A DNA stretch of 64,000 nt from positions 5,658-69,657 of the IMG/VR virus record IMGVR_UViG_3300035183_000373; one strand, 5' to 3'. A program made the translations under genes and the position numbers. Source of the stretch: a virus. The first letter of the stretch is position 1. Each line of letters opens with the position of its first letter. This document shows positions 50,124 to 59,619 of the stretch, piece after piece. A model generated the notes under the pieces. That model was not told where the DNA came from. It saw only the letters and a program-made list of their open reading frames with translations, and ran no database searches.

Positions 50124-50332
50124 AATAATTCTTCTAATTGATTGATATTCCTATATCTAATTATTATACCTCTACCTGAACCATCTCTCCATGTATATCC
50201 ACTACCTAAACCATTACCATCGTAATTTGATTGATAATACTCTAATTGTATTCCCGTACCATTTTTATAAGGTTTAATTTTTAAATCAGAAATCTGATAA
50301 ACTATGTTCGATTTCTGAATAGTAGTATCCAT
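50120..50332 (-). CDS. Gly-X repeat peptide (start reassigned to MDTTIQ)
   Basis: GNGLGSG/GSGRG core; the upstream part of the track ORF is a shadow frame of the neighbour. Confidence 0.5.
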   Translation of the reverse strand: MDTTIQKSNIVYQISDLKIKPYKNGTGIQLEYYQSNYDGNGLGSGYTWRDGSGRGIIIRYRNINQLEELL

Positions 50333-50543
50333 ATCCATTTCCTTTATTATATTTATTATTGATATTATAATTACCATCATAATTACTATAATCATCAAGA
50401 AATCCATATCCATTACCATAGCCAGTTCCAAATCCATTACCATAAAAATCTCCATCTCCGAATCCAGAAAAATATGATTGTATTGTATAATTAATCAATA
50501 CTGGAGAATAATATGGTAAGTATTCAAAAAGTAATATATTCAT
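50286..50543 (-). CDS. Gly-X repeat peptide
   Basis: MNILLFEY leader at 50543. Confidence 0.7.
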   Translation of the reverse strand: MNILLFEYLPYYSPVLINYTIQSYFSGFGDGDFYGNGFGTGYGNGYGFLDDYSNYDGNYNINNKYNKGNGYGYYYSEIEHSLSDF

Positions 50544-50553
50544 AAACATATAA

Positions 50554-50805
50554 TTATTTATTTCCGTAATTATCACCGTATTCTAATGAACAAGAAAATT
50601 CAAATCCATTTCCTCTTCCGTAACCGTCATTAAATGTATATATTAAACCTCCACCTGTACCATTACCATTATGATAACCAATGTTATCACCACAACCCCA
50701 TCCGTTAATAAGTTTTCTATCATTAACTATAAATGTATTATATTTTATAATTGGTGTTAAAATACCAACTATATCTTCAAATAATATAATATTACCTATT
50801 TTCAT
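50554..50805 (-). CDS. Gly-X repeat peptide
   Basis: NIILFED leader. Confidence 0.7.
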   Translation of the reverse strand: MKIGNIILFEDIVGILTPIIKYNTFIVNDRKLINGWGCGDNIGYHNGNGTGGGLIYTFNDGYGRGNGFEFSCSLEYGDNYGNK

Positions 50806-50807
50806 AA

Positions 50808-51038
50808 TTAAAAATTAGCAAACTTAGTAATATAAACATTGCTTCCATTGCCAAACGTATTACTATATATTCCATATCCATTTCCATATCCATTTCCATT
50901 ACCGTTACCGACATATAATCCGTCGCCGTATTCTTCGCATCCTTCAATGTAATTATTAAATTCACCATTTCCAAATCCATCAGTATAATTAGATGGTATT
51001 GAATATCTATTAGTATATTCAAATAAAATAATATTCAT
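50808..51038 (-). CDS. Gly-X repeat peptide
   Basis: MNIILFEYTNRY leader. Confidence 0.7.
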   Translation of the reverse strand: MNIILFEYTNRYSIPSNYTDGFGNGEFNNYIEGCEEYGDGLYVGNGNGNGYGNGYGIYSNTFGNGSNVYITKFANF

Positions 51039-51048
51039 AATTTTTATA

Positions 51049-51291
51049 TTAAATATTTATGTCTTCACTATCATATACGAATACGTATCCATATCCATCC
51101 CCATCTCCATATCCATTACCATTATGCATATACCCATTTCCATATCCGTTACCAAATTTAGTATTATACATATACCCATACCCATACCCATTACCAGTTC
51201 TATATCCATATTGATACTCATAACCACATCCATATCCACGTATGGAATTAACTGTGTGTTCTTTATTATATTCAAATAAAATAATATTCAT
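51049..51291 (-). CDS. Gly-X repeat peptide
   Basis: MNIILFEY leader. Confidence 0.7.
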   Translation of the reverse strand: MNIILFEYNKEHTVNSIRGYGCGYEYQYGYRTGNGYGYGYMYNTKFGNGYGNGYMHNGNGYGDGDGYGYVFVYDSEDINI

Positions 51292-51354
51292 AATTTTTTA
51301 TACAAATAATTATTATATTCTTATTTATTATTGTGTTATATTATAATTTATAAA

Positions 51355-51576
51355 TTAATAATAGTGTGATAATTCATATCCGTACCCATATCCATTTCCA
51401 TTATTGTTGTGACTATACCCATCACCATACAAATTACCAAACTTATTTTTATATCCATTTCCACATCCATTACCATATTTATTGGTATAACCATTTAAAT
51501 TACCATTACCACTACCACTAATATAATTAGATGAAATTGAATATCTATTAGTATATTCAAATAAAATAATATTCAT
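51355..51576 (-). CDS. Gly-X repeat peptide
   Basis: MNIILFEYTNRY leader at 51576, ATGA-coupled to the upstream gene. Confidence 0.7.
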   Translation of the reverse strand: MNIILFEYTNRYSISSNYISGSGNGNLNGYTNKYGNGCGNGYKNKFGNLYGDGYSHNNNGNGYGYGYELSHYY

Positions 51577-51785
51577 AACATTATACATTCTCTGTTACCA
51601 TAATTATTAACATATAAAATATTCATTATACCATATCCGTATCCATTACCATTATAACCGCCATTAAAATCACCATCTCCGTATCCATTTCCTTTATTAT
51701 TTTCCATAGAACTACATCCATTTCCATTTATAACAGTAATATAAGTATTTATGTATTCAATATAATCAAATAAAATTGTATTCAT
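51573..51785 (-). CDS. Gly-X repeat peptide
   Basis: MNTILFDY leader; ATGA coupling. Confidence 0.7.
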   Translation of the reverse strand: MNTILFDYIEYINTYITVINGNGCSSMENNKGNGYGDGDFNGGYNGNGYGYGIMNILYVNNYGNRECIML

Positions 51786-52015
51786 TGTTTATTGCCATTA
51801 AAATCACCATATTGTAAATAAACTGAATAAGAAAATCCATTTCCTCTACCATTGCCATCATTTTGAGAGTAAGTATCTCCACCACCACATCCACATCCAT
51901 TATACCATCCTGTTAAACATCCAAATCCTTCTCCATTCATAAGGCTATATTCCCAATAAATACCATATCCATTTGGATACGTACTTATATCAAATAAACA
52001 TATGTCTATTACCAT
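51782..52015 (-). CDS. Gly-X repeat peptide
   Basis: DICLFD leader. Confidence 0.7.
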   Translation of the reverse strand: MVIDICLFDISTYPNGYGIYWEYSLMNGEGFGCLTGWYNGCGCGGGDTYSQNDGNGRGNGFSYSVYLQYGDFNGNKQ

Positions 52016-52065
52016 ATTACATAACTATTTATAAATTTATAAAAATATAATGCATCATATTCATA

Positions 52066-52125
52066 CTAACATATATTAGACAGAATTAAATGTATATTGG
52101 TATATTTAAATAAAATAATATTCAC
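52066..52125 (-). pseudogene. leader-only relic of the Gly-X family
   Basis: GTG-NIILFKYTNIHLILSNIC-stop with the same upstream AAAAATT context but no Gly core. Confidence 0.5.
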
Positions 52126-52161
52126 AATTTTTATAATAATTATTTATATTATTATTCGTTT

Positions 52162-52374
52162 TTATATACCAAATCTATATCTATATTCATTACTATGTCC
52201 ATATCCATACACATGTCCATCTCCATATCCATGTCCAAGTCCATATCCATAACCATGTCCATACCCATGTCCATATCCATGTCCGTATCCATATCCATGT
52301 CCATGTCCATACCCATTAAGACGTGTGAATGTAAATAAATGTCTATTAGTATATTCAAATAAAAGGATATTCAT
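52162..52374 (-). CDS. Gly-X repeat peptide (His-rich, GHGYG)
   Basis: MNILLFEYTN leader. Confidence 0.7.
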   Translation of the reverse strand: MNILLFEYTNRHLFTFTRLNGYGHGHGYGYGHGYGHGYGHGYGYGLGHGYGDGHVYGYGHSNEYRYRFGI

Positions 52375-52414
52375 AATTTTTCATATCAATAATTATTTAT
52401 ATTATTATTCATTT

Positions 52415-52657
52415 TTATATATTAAATCCATATCCATTACCATAACCATCACCATATACATATCCATATCCAAGTCCATATCCATAACCATCACCATAAC
52501 CATATCCATTACCATAACTATCACCATATCCATATCCATTACCATAACCATAACCATCACCATCACCATCTCCATCTCCATTTCCATATCCATCTCCATA
52601 CCATTCAATGTGATTAATTTGGTATTTATTAGTATATTCAAATAAAAGTATATTCAT
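52415..52657 (-). CDS. Gly-X repeat peptide
   Basis: MNILLFEYTN leader; nearly pure (GGW NAT)n core. Confidence 0.7.
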   Translation of the reverse strand: MNILLFEYTNKYQINHIEWYGDGYGNGDGDGDGDGYGYGNGYGYGDSYGNGYGYGDGYGYGLGYGYVYGDGYGNGYGFNI

Positions 52658-52693
52658 AATTTTTACAATAAATATTTATATTATTATTCATTT

Positions 52694-52936
52694 TTATATA
52701 TCAAATCCGTATCCATATCCGTTGCCATCTCCATATCCATTACCATATCCATATCCATTACCATTTCCAAATCCATTACCATATCCATCTCCATATCCAT
52801 TACCACGTTCATCTCTATATCCATTACTACGTCCATCTCCATATCCATACCCATGTCCATATCCATACCCATCTCCATACCATTTAATGTAATTAATTTG
52901 GTATCTATTAGTATATTCAAATAAAAGTATATTCAT
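52694..52936 (-). CDS. Gly-X repeat peptide
   Basis: MNILLFEYTN leader. Confidence 0.7.
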   Translation of the reverse strand: MNILLFEYTNRYQINYIKWYGDGYGYGHGYGYGDGRSNGYRDERGNGYGDGYGNGFGNGNGYGYGNGYGDGNGYGYGFDI

Positions 52937-52966
52937 AATTTTTTATATAAAAAAATATGTTTATTA

Positions 52967-53203
52967 TCATATTGTATAATGACTTATAGGTTTAGGATAA
53001 TAAAGTTGTCCATATCCATATCCACTTCCGTTGCCATCAATTCCATTATCTCCATACCCATTACCTTTACCATCCCCACTGTACCATACAATAGTAGAAC
53101 CGCATCCAATACCATTTCCTTCACAAATATAATATAAATAACTAATACCTCTACCATTTAAATGCTGGAAATCGTTTTTTAAAAAAATAGAATAATTTTT
53201 CAT
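52967..53203 (-). CDS. Gly-X repeat peptide
   Basis: GNGIGCG/GNGYG core. Confidence 0.65.
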   Translation of the reverse strand: MKNYSIFLKNDFQHLNGRGISYLYYICEGNGIGCGSTIVWYSGDGKGNGYGDNGIDGNGSGYGYGQLYYPKPISHYTI

Positions 53204-53228
53204 ATTTATATATTTTATGAATTAATGT

Positions 53229-53432
53229 TTAATACGTAAAATTTACATTTCCACGCCCATATCCTTTACCATCTCTAAATCCATATAAATTTATACCATT
53301 GCCAAACCCATGTCCACTAAAAAGACCGTAACCACATCCAGTACCACATCCATTTACCATACCGTAATCAGATGGAATACCATAATAATTTTTATATAAG
53401 TCTATAAAGTATTCAAATAAAATGATATTCAT
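53229..53432 (-). CDS. Gly-X repeat peptide
   Basis: MNIILFEY leader. Confidence 0.7.
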   Translation of the reverse strand: MNIILFEYFIDLYKNYYGIPSDYGMVNGCGTGCGYGLFSGHGFGNGINLYGFRDGKGYGRGNVNFTY

Positions 53433-53662
53433 TCTATTATATGAAATTTGTTATTATTATAATTAAGTATATTTCCGTATTCTATACCAAATCCAAATCC
53501 ATTACCATTATAAAATCCGTAACTAAATTTATCATTACATCCATTACCGAGTACATAATAATTATCTTGAATACCTATACCAGATTTATAATTATTTAAA
53601 ATATCACAAAAATTTGTAATCTTTTTTATATAAGTATTATTTTTTATTGTTTTTTTATTCAT
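53429..53662 (-). CDS. Gly-X repeat peptide
   Basis: Likely start MNKK at 53662; GNGFGFG core. Confidence 0.6.
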   Translation of the reverse strand: MNKKTIKNNTYIKKITNFCDILNNYKSGIGIQDNYYVLGNGCNDKFSYGFYNGNGFGFGIEYGNILNYNNNKFHIIE

Positions 53663-53912
53663 AATATTTTCTATACTGTAATTCAATACCAAAATTATAT
53701 TCAGATTCTATTCTTTTACCATAATGTAATCCATAAACACCAAACCCATTACCATAACCATTTCCATTGATAAATCCAAATTCGTAATCGTACATTCCAT
53801 TACCATTTCCTGATTGATAGTTATTAGAAATTACTTCTAATGTATAATCATTAGTATTAATTCTTCTTCCTAAAACTATTCTGATATGTTCAAATAATAT
53901 ATATGATTTCAT
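53655..53912 (-). CDS. Gly-X repeat peptide
   Basis: MKSYILFEH leader. Confidence 0.65.
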   Translation of the reverse strand: MKSYILFEHIRIVLGRRINTNDYTLEVISNNYQSGNGNGMYDYEFGFINGNGYGNGFGVYGLHYGKRIESEYNFGIELQYRKYYE

Positions 53913-54103
53913 ATAGAATTATTATTTATCATTTCTATTCGTTTATTTTCTATAGTAGTTATCATATTCTCCAGTAAGTCATTCAATAATTTTTCATCAA
54001 CTTTACATGAGATACGAATATCTACTGTTGTATTTTGTTGACTAGATACAAAAACTATTTTATATACTCTATTATTAAATTTTTTATGTATAATATTTAA
54101 CAT
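53909..54103 (-). CDS. hypothetical protein (non-Gly member embedded in the array)
   Basis: 64 aa, overlaps neighbours on both sides. Confidence 0.55.
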   Translation of the reverse strand: MLNIIHKKFNNRVYKIVFVSSQQNTTVDIRISCKVDEKLLNDLLENMITTIENKRIEMINNNSI

Positions 54104-54327
54104 TTTTTATTTCCTTTCTTATCTACATAGATATAATAATTATAGTCATAATTATTATATTTAAATTGATTTGCAAATCCATCTCCATGCCCATTACCAT
54201 CATAACATCCATTGTATCCATTACCTCCCAACAATGGAAAAAGATTACCTCTACCAAAACGATAATTATCAGTAACTATTTCATTTGCAATTATACTAAT
54301 ATGTTCAAATAACAAATACGATTTCAT
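54097..54327 (-). CDS. Gly-X repeat peptide
   Basis: MKSYLLFEH leader. Confidence 0.65.
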   Translation of the reverse strand: MKSYLLFEHISIIANEIVTDNYRFGRGNLFPLLGGNGYNGCYDGNGHGDGFANQFKYNNYDYNYYIYVDKKGNKKC

Positions 54328-54536
54328 CTTTTTATCTCTTTTTTGTAATCAATACTAATACCGCAGCCATTATTAGACATATTTTTCATTAATCTTATTC
54401 CAGAGTCTATCCCATAGACACCGTATCCGTTACCATAACCAGTACCACTATAATTTCCATAGTAATACCTATTCCCACATCCATATCCACTATCTAAGAA
54501 AACGGTATCTATTGTATTTATCGTCTCAATTTTCAT
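54324..54536 (-). CDS. Gly-X repeat peptide
   Basis: AGGAG RBS; GYGCG/GTGYGNGYG core. Confidence 0.7.
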   Translation of the reverse strand: MKIETINTIDTVFLDSGYGCGNRYYYGNYSGTGYGNGYGVYGIDSGIRLMKNMSNNGCGISIDYKKEIKR

Positions 54537-54700
54537 TAGTATACTCCTAGTAAAAGATACAAAATAAAATATCTGCTGTCAATAGTTTTTTAAATTAATT
54601 ATTTTTAATATTGTATAGAGAATAGAGATAAATAACTCTTAGACATAGGTTTAAATAGGATTAAATTCTATCAGGATTTACTCTACAAGGAAGATTTTTA

Positions 54701-54970
54701 TTAAAAGTAGAATGTGGAAGAAAGTGAGAGGTTTATTTTATTTCCTTCTTTATTGCTATATTGAGTTTCTATAGATAATGTATCTCCATTACCTCTACCA
54801 TCTCCATCGGGGAATCCGTACATATATCCGCATCCAAATCCGTTAATATTTGCGCAGAAAGAATTTTCATCAAAAAAGTATATAGTATTATCTTTTATGT
54901 ACATAACGGATTTTGATTCAACATTATCAAATAATGTTATATTACATTTATTTTTTCTTAGTATTTCCAT
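54701..54970 (-). CDS. Gly-X repeat peptide
   Basis: NITLFD leader. Confidence 0.65.
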   Translation of the reverse strand: MEILRKNKCNITLFDNVESKSVMYIKDNTIYFFDENSFCANINGFGCGYMYGFPDGDGRGNGDTLSIETQYSNKEGNKINLSLSSTFYF

Positions 54971-55194
54971 ATGGTATAGATACTATCACCATTTCCACGT
55001 ATCGGTGTATTAACTTGTTTATTACCATCTATATCACCATAATCTAAGCTACCATTACCACTACCATGCCCATTCATAAATCCATAAACATCTCCGTCTC
55101 CAAATCCATTCATATAGTTATCAAATACATTTAATAATTTAGGGTTAAATTCATCAAATATTTCTATATTTTTATATTCATTATTTGTTTCCAT
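54958..55194 (-). CDS. Gly-X repeat peptide
   Basis: NIEIFD leader. Confidence 0.65.
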   Translation of the reverse strand: METNNEYKNIEIFDEFNPKLLNVFDNYMNGFGDGDVYGFMNGHGSGNGSLDYGDIDGNKQVNTPIRGNGDSIYTIWKY

Positions 55195-55381
55195 TCATAA
55201 ATCCATATAAATTTATACCGTTACCATATCCGTTACCATATTTAATTTTATGGTTACAACCGCAGCCGCATCCATTACCAAGTCCATTTCCGTATTTATA
55301 TTCATATCCATTTCCAAATCCATTCGTATATTTATGATAAAATAAATGTTCTAATTGTTTGAATATTTTTATATTTTTCAT
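55181..55381 (-). CDS. Gly-X repeat peptide
   Basis: MKNIKIFKQLE leader. Confidence 0.7.
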   Translation of the reverse strand: MKNIKIFKQLEHLFYHKYTNGFGNGYEYKYGNGLGNGCGCGCNHKIKYGNGYGNGINLYGFMNGNK

Positions 55382-55387
55382 AGTATT

Positions 55388-55588
55388 TTATATAGTATAG
55401 ACATTATCTTCATGTGTTAATTGTTTATTGCCATTCATAAACCCATATAAATTTATACCATTACCGTATCCGTTACCGTCTATAAATCCATAACCACATC
55501 CAGTACCAGCTCCACTTCTATAAATGTTAATTATAGTTAATATATTAAATGTACGTTCTAATTGTTCAAATAACGCTATATTTTTCAT
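55388..55588 (-). CDS. Gly-X repeat peptide
   Basis: MKNIALFEQLE leader. Confidence 0.7.
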   Translation of the reverse strand: MKNIALFEQLERTFNILTIINIYRSGAGTGCGYGFIDGNGYGNGINLYGFMNGNKQLTHEDNVYTI

Positions 55589-55591
55589 ATT

Positions 55592-55831
55592 TTATATAAA
55601 AGATACACTTAAATTATTTCCATTACCCTTACCATCTCCATTTATATCTCCATCACCATATCCATTTCCATACATATTTACACAACTATTTCCATACCCA
55701 TTATTATATAAATTGATGTATTTATCTACATGTCCATATCCATTTCCATTTCCAAATCCAGATAGTCTATTATTTGGAAGTGCTTTACCATTGAAATGCT
55801 GCAATTGCTCAAATAATACTATTTTAATCAT
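55592..55831 (-). CDS. Gly-X repeat peptide
   Basis: MIKIVLFEQL leader. Confidence 0.7.
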   Translation of the reverse strand: MIKIVLFEQLQHFNGKALPNNRLSGFGNGNGYGHVDKYINLYNNGYGNSCVNMYGNGYGDGDINGDGKGNGNNLSVSFI

Positions 55832-56042
55832 ATATATACAATATGTTTACAGTTCCATTACCTAGTCCATTAACATACAAACTATTCGCATTGGAATATC
55901 CGCAACCATATCCAAATCCATTACCATTACCTATGCCAATATTCCTACCATCTCCGTATCCATTTACATTTATAGTATTATAAATATTTAAAAAGAATGG
56001 AAAATTATCAAAAATATTTATATTTATGTTATGTAAATTCAT
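55824..56042 (-). CDS. Gly-X repeat peptide
   Basis: NINIFD leader. Confidence 0.65.
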   Translation of the reverse strand: MNLHNININIFDNFPFFLNIYNTINVNGYGDGRNIGIGNGNGFGYGCGYSNANSLYVNGLGNGTVNILYIYD

Positions 56043-56044
56043 AT

Positions 56045-56265
<221 letters not shown>

Positions 56266-56269
<4 letters not shown>

Positions 56270-56472
56270 TTATTACCATTTTCATCAATATATATTATAT
56301 TGGTTTTTCCATTACCTATTGAATTAATATATATTAACACTGGTGAAAAACAATATCCATTGCCATAGCCATCGCCACTACTAAAGCCATAACCCTTACC
56401 ACAACCATGACCATTGGCATAATCATCAATATTATCAATAATTGGAAAAATTTTAATATTTTTGTTTTTCAT
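56266..56472 (-). CDS. Gly-X repeat peptide
   Basis: NIKIF leader. Confidence 0.65.
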
Positions 56473-56705
56473 TATTCTTCAGCAAAAAGTTTAAATTGTG
56501 TAGATTTTGGTAATGACCCACTATTTGATATATACCAACACCCACACCCAAACCCATTACCATAAAATGTCCCGTATGCTAATACAAAACCATTACCACA
56601 ACCATCTCCACGTCTACTACCAAAACCATCTTTGTATCCATTACCATTGCCATTAAATGGATTCAATATAAATAAATTATAAAATTCTGTAATATTATTG
56701 AACAT
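56472..56705 (-). CDS. Gly-X repeat peptide
   Basis: NITEF leader; first gene of the array. Confidence 0.65.
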   Translation of the reverse strand: MFNNITEFYNLFILNPFNGNGNGYKDGFGSRRGDGCGNGFVLAYGTFYGNGFGCGCWYISNSGSLPKSTQFKLFAEE

Positions 56706-56751
56706 AATATAGCTTTAATTCATATATTTGTTCTTTACTTAAATGTATCAG

Positions 56752-56997
56752 TTAAACAAGATGTTTACGTATTTGTCTTAATACTTTAAGGAATTCATTA
56801 CAGTACAATGCTCCACGCTGATATTCAAGTGCCTCAACAAACCTTAATTCCTTCTGTAATTTACCACACTCCTGTTTGATTATAGAAAACTCTGAAGACC
56901 AACGATTTATTTCATTATTAAGCATTATTTTTACAATGTTTATGTCAGTATTTAGTTTAACAGTATGCTTAGTAATATTATCTTTTTTGGTATTCAT
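56752..56997 (-). CDS. hypothetical protein
   Basis: 81-aa ORF on the coding strand. Confidence 0.55.
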   Translation of the reverse strand: MNTKKDNITKHTVKLNTDINIVKIMLNNEINRWSSEFSIIKQECGKLQKELRFVEALEYQRGALYCNEFLKVLRQIRKHLV

Positions 56998-57044
56998 TTT
57001 ATCATTCCCTCATGTTTAATTACATAAGTATACTTTAAATAAAC

Positions 57045-57071
57045 AAAAAAGCCCATAGCTAACAGGGCTTT
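57045..57071 (-). terminator. intrinsic terminator
   Basis: aaagccc...gggcttt stem with a T-run on the minus strand. Confidence 0.55.
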
Positions 57072-57117
57072 ATTCAGCTTTATTAAATATTCATAAATAT
57101 ATGTATTCTATATTGAT

Positions 57118-57402
57118 TTAGTGTTTTTCAACTGTATTTGGCTTTTCTGGCTCTAAACTTCTATAAACTCTGCTTCTACCTCCAAGTGAAGCAGTCTTAT
57201 AAAAGATTCTATATCCTTTTTTAGCATATTCTTCAATCTCTGTTTCATAAATTTCAGTGTAACCAGCAGACTCTGGTTTTTGTAAAGGCCTATTTGGGGT
57301 ACGCTCACTAATCGTTGCGTACCTGACACCCATAGATTTTAATATATTAATTGTAATAACTGGATTACACCGTACACAATTAGTAATTACATATTCTTCC
57401 AT
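57118..57402 (-). CDS. hypothetical protein
   Basis: 94-aa ORF. Confidence 0.6.
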   Translation of the reverse strand: MEEYVITNCVRCNPVITINILKSMGVRYATISERTPNRPLQKPESAGYTEIYETEIEEYAKKGYRIFYKTASLGGRSRVYRSLEPEKPNTVEKH

Positions 57403-57413
57403 TGTTATATATT

Positions 57414-57872
57414 CTATTTTAAATATGATTTATAAATTTCATCTACTACATTTTGATATACAGCTAATGCAGCATTTCTAATATTATCATACTTAACCCA
57501 CTCCAAAGCCTTCATTTTTCGATATTGTTCAAATGCAGCATCTTCTATTTTCTTATATTCTTCCCATTTTTGTTCAGTAATTTTAATATATTCAATCAGT
57601 GTATCTTCAGATTCATTTTTTTTAAATTCCCTATACGCTGCATCTACAAATGATTGATAGTTTAAAAATGCATAGTTGACTGTATTTTTATAATCAGATA
57701 AGAGGTTAGACGATACTTGTTCGTATTCGGAAAGTGCTGGAACTTCTACCTTTCTAAATTCATTCCACGCCTGCATTCTTGCTTTATTAAATTCATCCCT
57801 CTTTGTATCTGATAGCAGTTCCAAAAGTGATTCATCATCAATCTTTCCGTTATAAGGATTTACTTGTATCAT
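57414..57872 (-). CDS. hypothetical alpha-helical repeat protein
   Basis: Roughly 11-residue A-[WFL]-x-x-[YF] periodicity. Confidence 0.6.
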   Translation of the reverse strand: MIQVNPYNGKIDDESLLELLSDTKRDEFNKARMQAWNEFRKVEVPALSEYEQVSSNLLSDYKNTVNYAFLNYQSFVDAAYREFKKNESEDTLIEYIKITEQKWEEYKKIEDAAFEQYRKMKALEWVKYDNIRNAALAVYQNVVDEIYKSYLK

Positions 57873-57926
57873 TTTAATATCCTGTTCAATAACTATCTAA
57901 TAAAATTATGGAAATTAAGTATTGCT

Positions 57927-58121
57927 CTAAACTTTATTGATACGATTTTCAATATCGTTAGCAATTTGCCTAAGAGCATTTACAATTGCTTGTTCCGCAT
58001 TCATAGTTTCTAAATTTGCTCTTGTCAATTTATTAAGTCGGTCAATTACGCCTTCATATGCGTTAATAAGTTCATCTGCTCTCCACAATTTTTCTCTCAT
58101 ATCGTTATCCAATCTTGTCAT
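57927..58121 (-). CDS. hypothetical protein (early type)
   Basis: AGGAGG RBS, upstream promoter. Confidence 0.7.
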   Translation of the reverse strand: MTRLDNDMREKLWRADELINAYEGVIDRLNKLTRANLETMNAEQAIVNALRQIANDIENRINKV

Positions 58122-58221
58122 ATCTGTATCCTCCTATTGGTTTTCGCCACCACTCTTGCGCGGGTGGCTTAGTGCTTGTGAATTTTTTTATTTGACTTTT
58201 GCTCTTAAATTTTATATATAT

Positions 58222-58250
58222 AATATAATATGATATACCAGCAAAGTCAA
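58222..58250 (-). promoter_or_regulatory. sigma70-like promoter
   Basis: TTGACT-17 nt-TATATT; GC-rich leader hairpin gccacc...ggtggc at 58146-58168. Confidence 0.7.
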
Positions 58251-58299
58251 GTATAAAATTATTAATTTTAAATAATCTTTCTCTGTAAGTAGTATAATT

Positions 58300-58530
58300 T
58301 TAAATCAAATATTTTCTTCGTTCTATACTATTTACACCACTACCATTTCCATCTCCATTCGAGAATTTACACCCTTCACCACACCCATTATTATACCATA
58401 TCCCATGTCCATATCCCCTCCCACTTGGGACGTGGACAATTTGATAAACGCCAGCACCAGAATTTGTTATTTGAATGGCGTCAAAATCAGTAAAAATAAC
58501 ATCTTCAAATATATTTACATTATTTAACAT
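58300..58530 (-). CDS. Gly-X repeat peptide (outlying member)
   Basis: NVNIFED leader; GRGYGHG and GDGNGSG core. Confidence 0.65.
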   Translation of the reverse strand: MLNNVNIFEDVIFTDFDAIQITNSGAGVYQIVHVPSGRGYGHGIWYNNGCGEGCKFSNGDGNGSGVNSIERRKYLI

Positions 58531-58641
58531 AGTACTTTAATCATAAAGAATATAATTACTGTCAGTGTATATATCAATATCAATACACATGAAGTAATAA
58601 TAATAAGACTAATCCATGTTAGTATCTTATTTATAAACATA

Positions 58642-58827
58642 TTATACTAATTCAAATAATTTTAATACAAAGTATAATATAAATATCAATACCCAAAACG
58701 CTCCATAGAAAAGACATGACATAAGAAAGGTTACAAATAGCTTCTGACTAAGAGTATTTCCATATATACTATGTTGTAGATTATAGTTATTATCATTACT
58801 ATTATATGTATATTTTACGTTCGTCAT
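58642..58827 (-). CDS. small membrane protein
   Basis: C-terminal hydrophobic helix. Confidence 0.55.
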   Translation of the reverse strand: MTNVKYTYNSNDNNYNLQHSIYGNTLSQKLFVTFLMSCLFYGAFWVLIFILYFVLKLFELV

Positions 58828-58854
58828 TTATATACCTTACGATTTAAAAACATA

Positions 58855-58986
58855 TTATTCAAATCCAAAAATTATTCTAATAAAATATATTAAAAGAAGA
58901 ACTGCATAAAGTCCTATATAAGCAATTAGTATCCAAATTCCACTCCCAAGTATCGTTTCAAAAAGACTAGGTTCTTGATTAGACAT
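58855..58986 (-). CDS. 43-aa membrane peptide (not in ORF track)
   Basis: Hand translation MSNQEPSLFETILGSGIWILIAYIGLYAVLLLIYFIRIIFGFE. Confidence 0.55.
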   Translation of the reverse strand: MSNQEPSLFETILGSGIWILIAYIGLYAVLLLIYFIRIIFGFE

Positions 58987-59017
58987 ATACATTCTTTACA
59001 ATTATGCTTTATTTATA

Positions 59018-59395
59018 TTAAGTTCTTTTCTTTTGATTTTTCTTTACTATTTTTACAGTATCACATTTTAAACTATCCTTTATATCGTTAATGTATGATA
59101 ATACATCAGTAATTCTCTTATAAATAATAATATTCATTTCATTATTATTTATATATTCGGATAATACATTATTTACTTCTTCAATGTAGTCCTGCAAAGT
59201 AATATTGATAAAATTCAAATAATATTCTGATTTACTTGGTGAATCAGAAAGAATATTATTAAGAAATGACTCTGCACATTGTAATACAGAAAATTCTTCA
59301 TTATTATTTACAGCGTGTTGAATATCTTTTAATACGTGTTCTCTAAAAGACTTAAATATTTTCTTTTTTTCATTTTTGATATTTAATACTTTCAT
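59018..59395 (-). CDS. hypothetical protein
   Basis: 125-aa ORF in operon. Confidence 0.6.
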   Translation of the reverse strand: MKVLNIKNEKKKIFKSFREHVLKDIQHAVNNNEEFSVLQCAESFLNNILSDSPSKSEYYLNFINITLQDYIEEVNNVLSEYINNNEMNIIIYKRITDVLSYINDIKDSLKCDTVKIVKKNQKKRT

Positions 59396-59398
59396 ATG

Positions 59399-59608
59399 TT
59401 AAATCCACGTATTAGTTGCATTTTCTATTGCTTTTTTTAACTCATCTGCACTGACTGAGATAGACACATCATCGTTTACACGAATAACCACTAATGATGA
59501 CCTATTCCAATGAGATTCTATAATTAACGTATTAGCAGTAAAATCTACTTCTTTATTGTTATTATTATTATTTATTTCTCTAATAGGTACATGATTTACA
59601 ACTTTCAT
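59399..59608 (-). CDS. hypothetical phage protein
   Basis: IESHWN...SADELKKAIENATN. Confidence 0.65.
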   Translation of the reverse strand: MKVVNHVPIREINNNNNNKEVDFTANTLIIESHWNRSSLVVIRVNDDVSISVSADELKKAIENATNTWI

Positions 59609-59619
59609 AATATATATCC

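Noticed and set aside
49850-52920. Met/Asp/Val-rich ORFs (MDMVM...) overlapping the Gly-X genes, and the plus-strand ITITIS ORF 52325-52645
   Set aside because: They are the automatically stop-free shifted or antisense readings of (GGW NAT)n; most begin at non-ATG codons inside the conserved leader, whereas the Gly frame has ATG starts and coupling.
50990-52950. CRISPR array
   Set aside because: The repeats are coding leaders separated by about 200 nt or more of related coding sequence; no cas genes.
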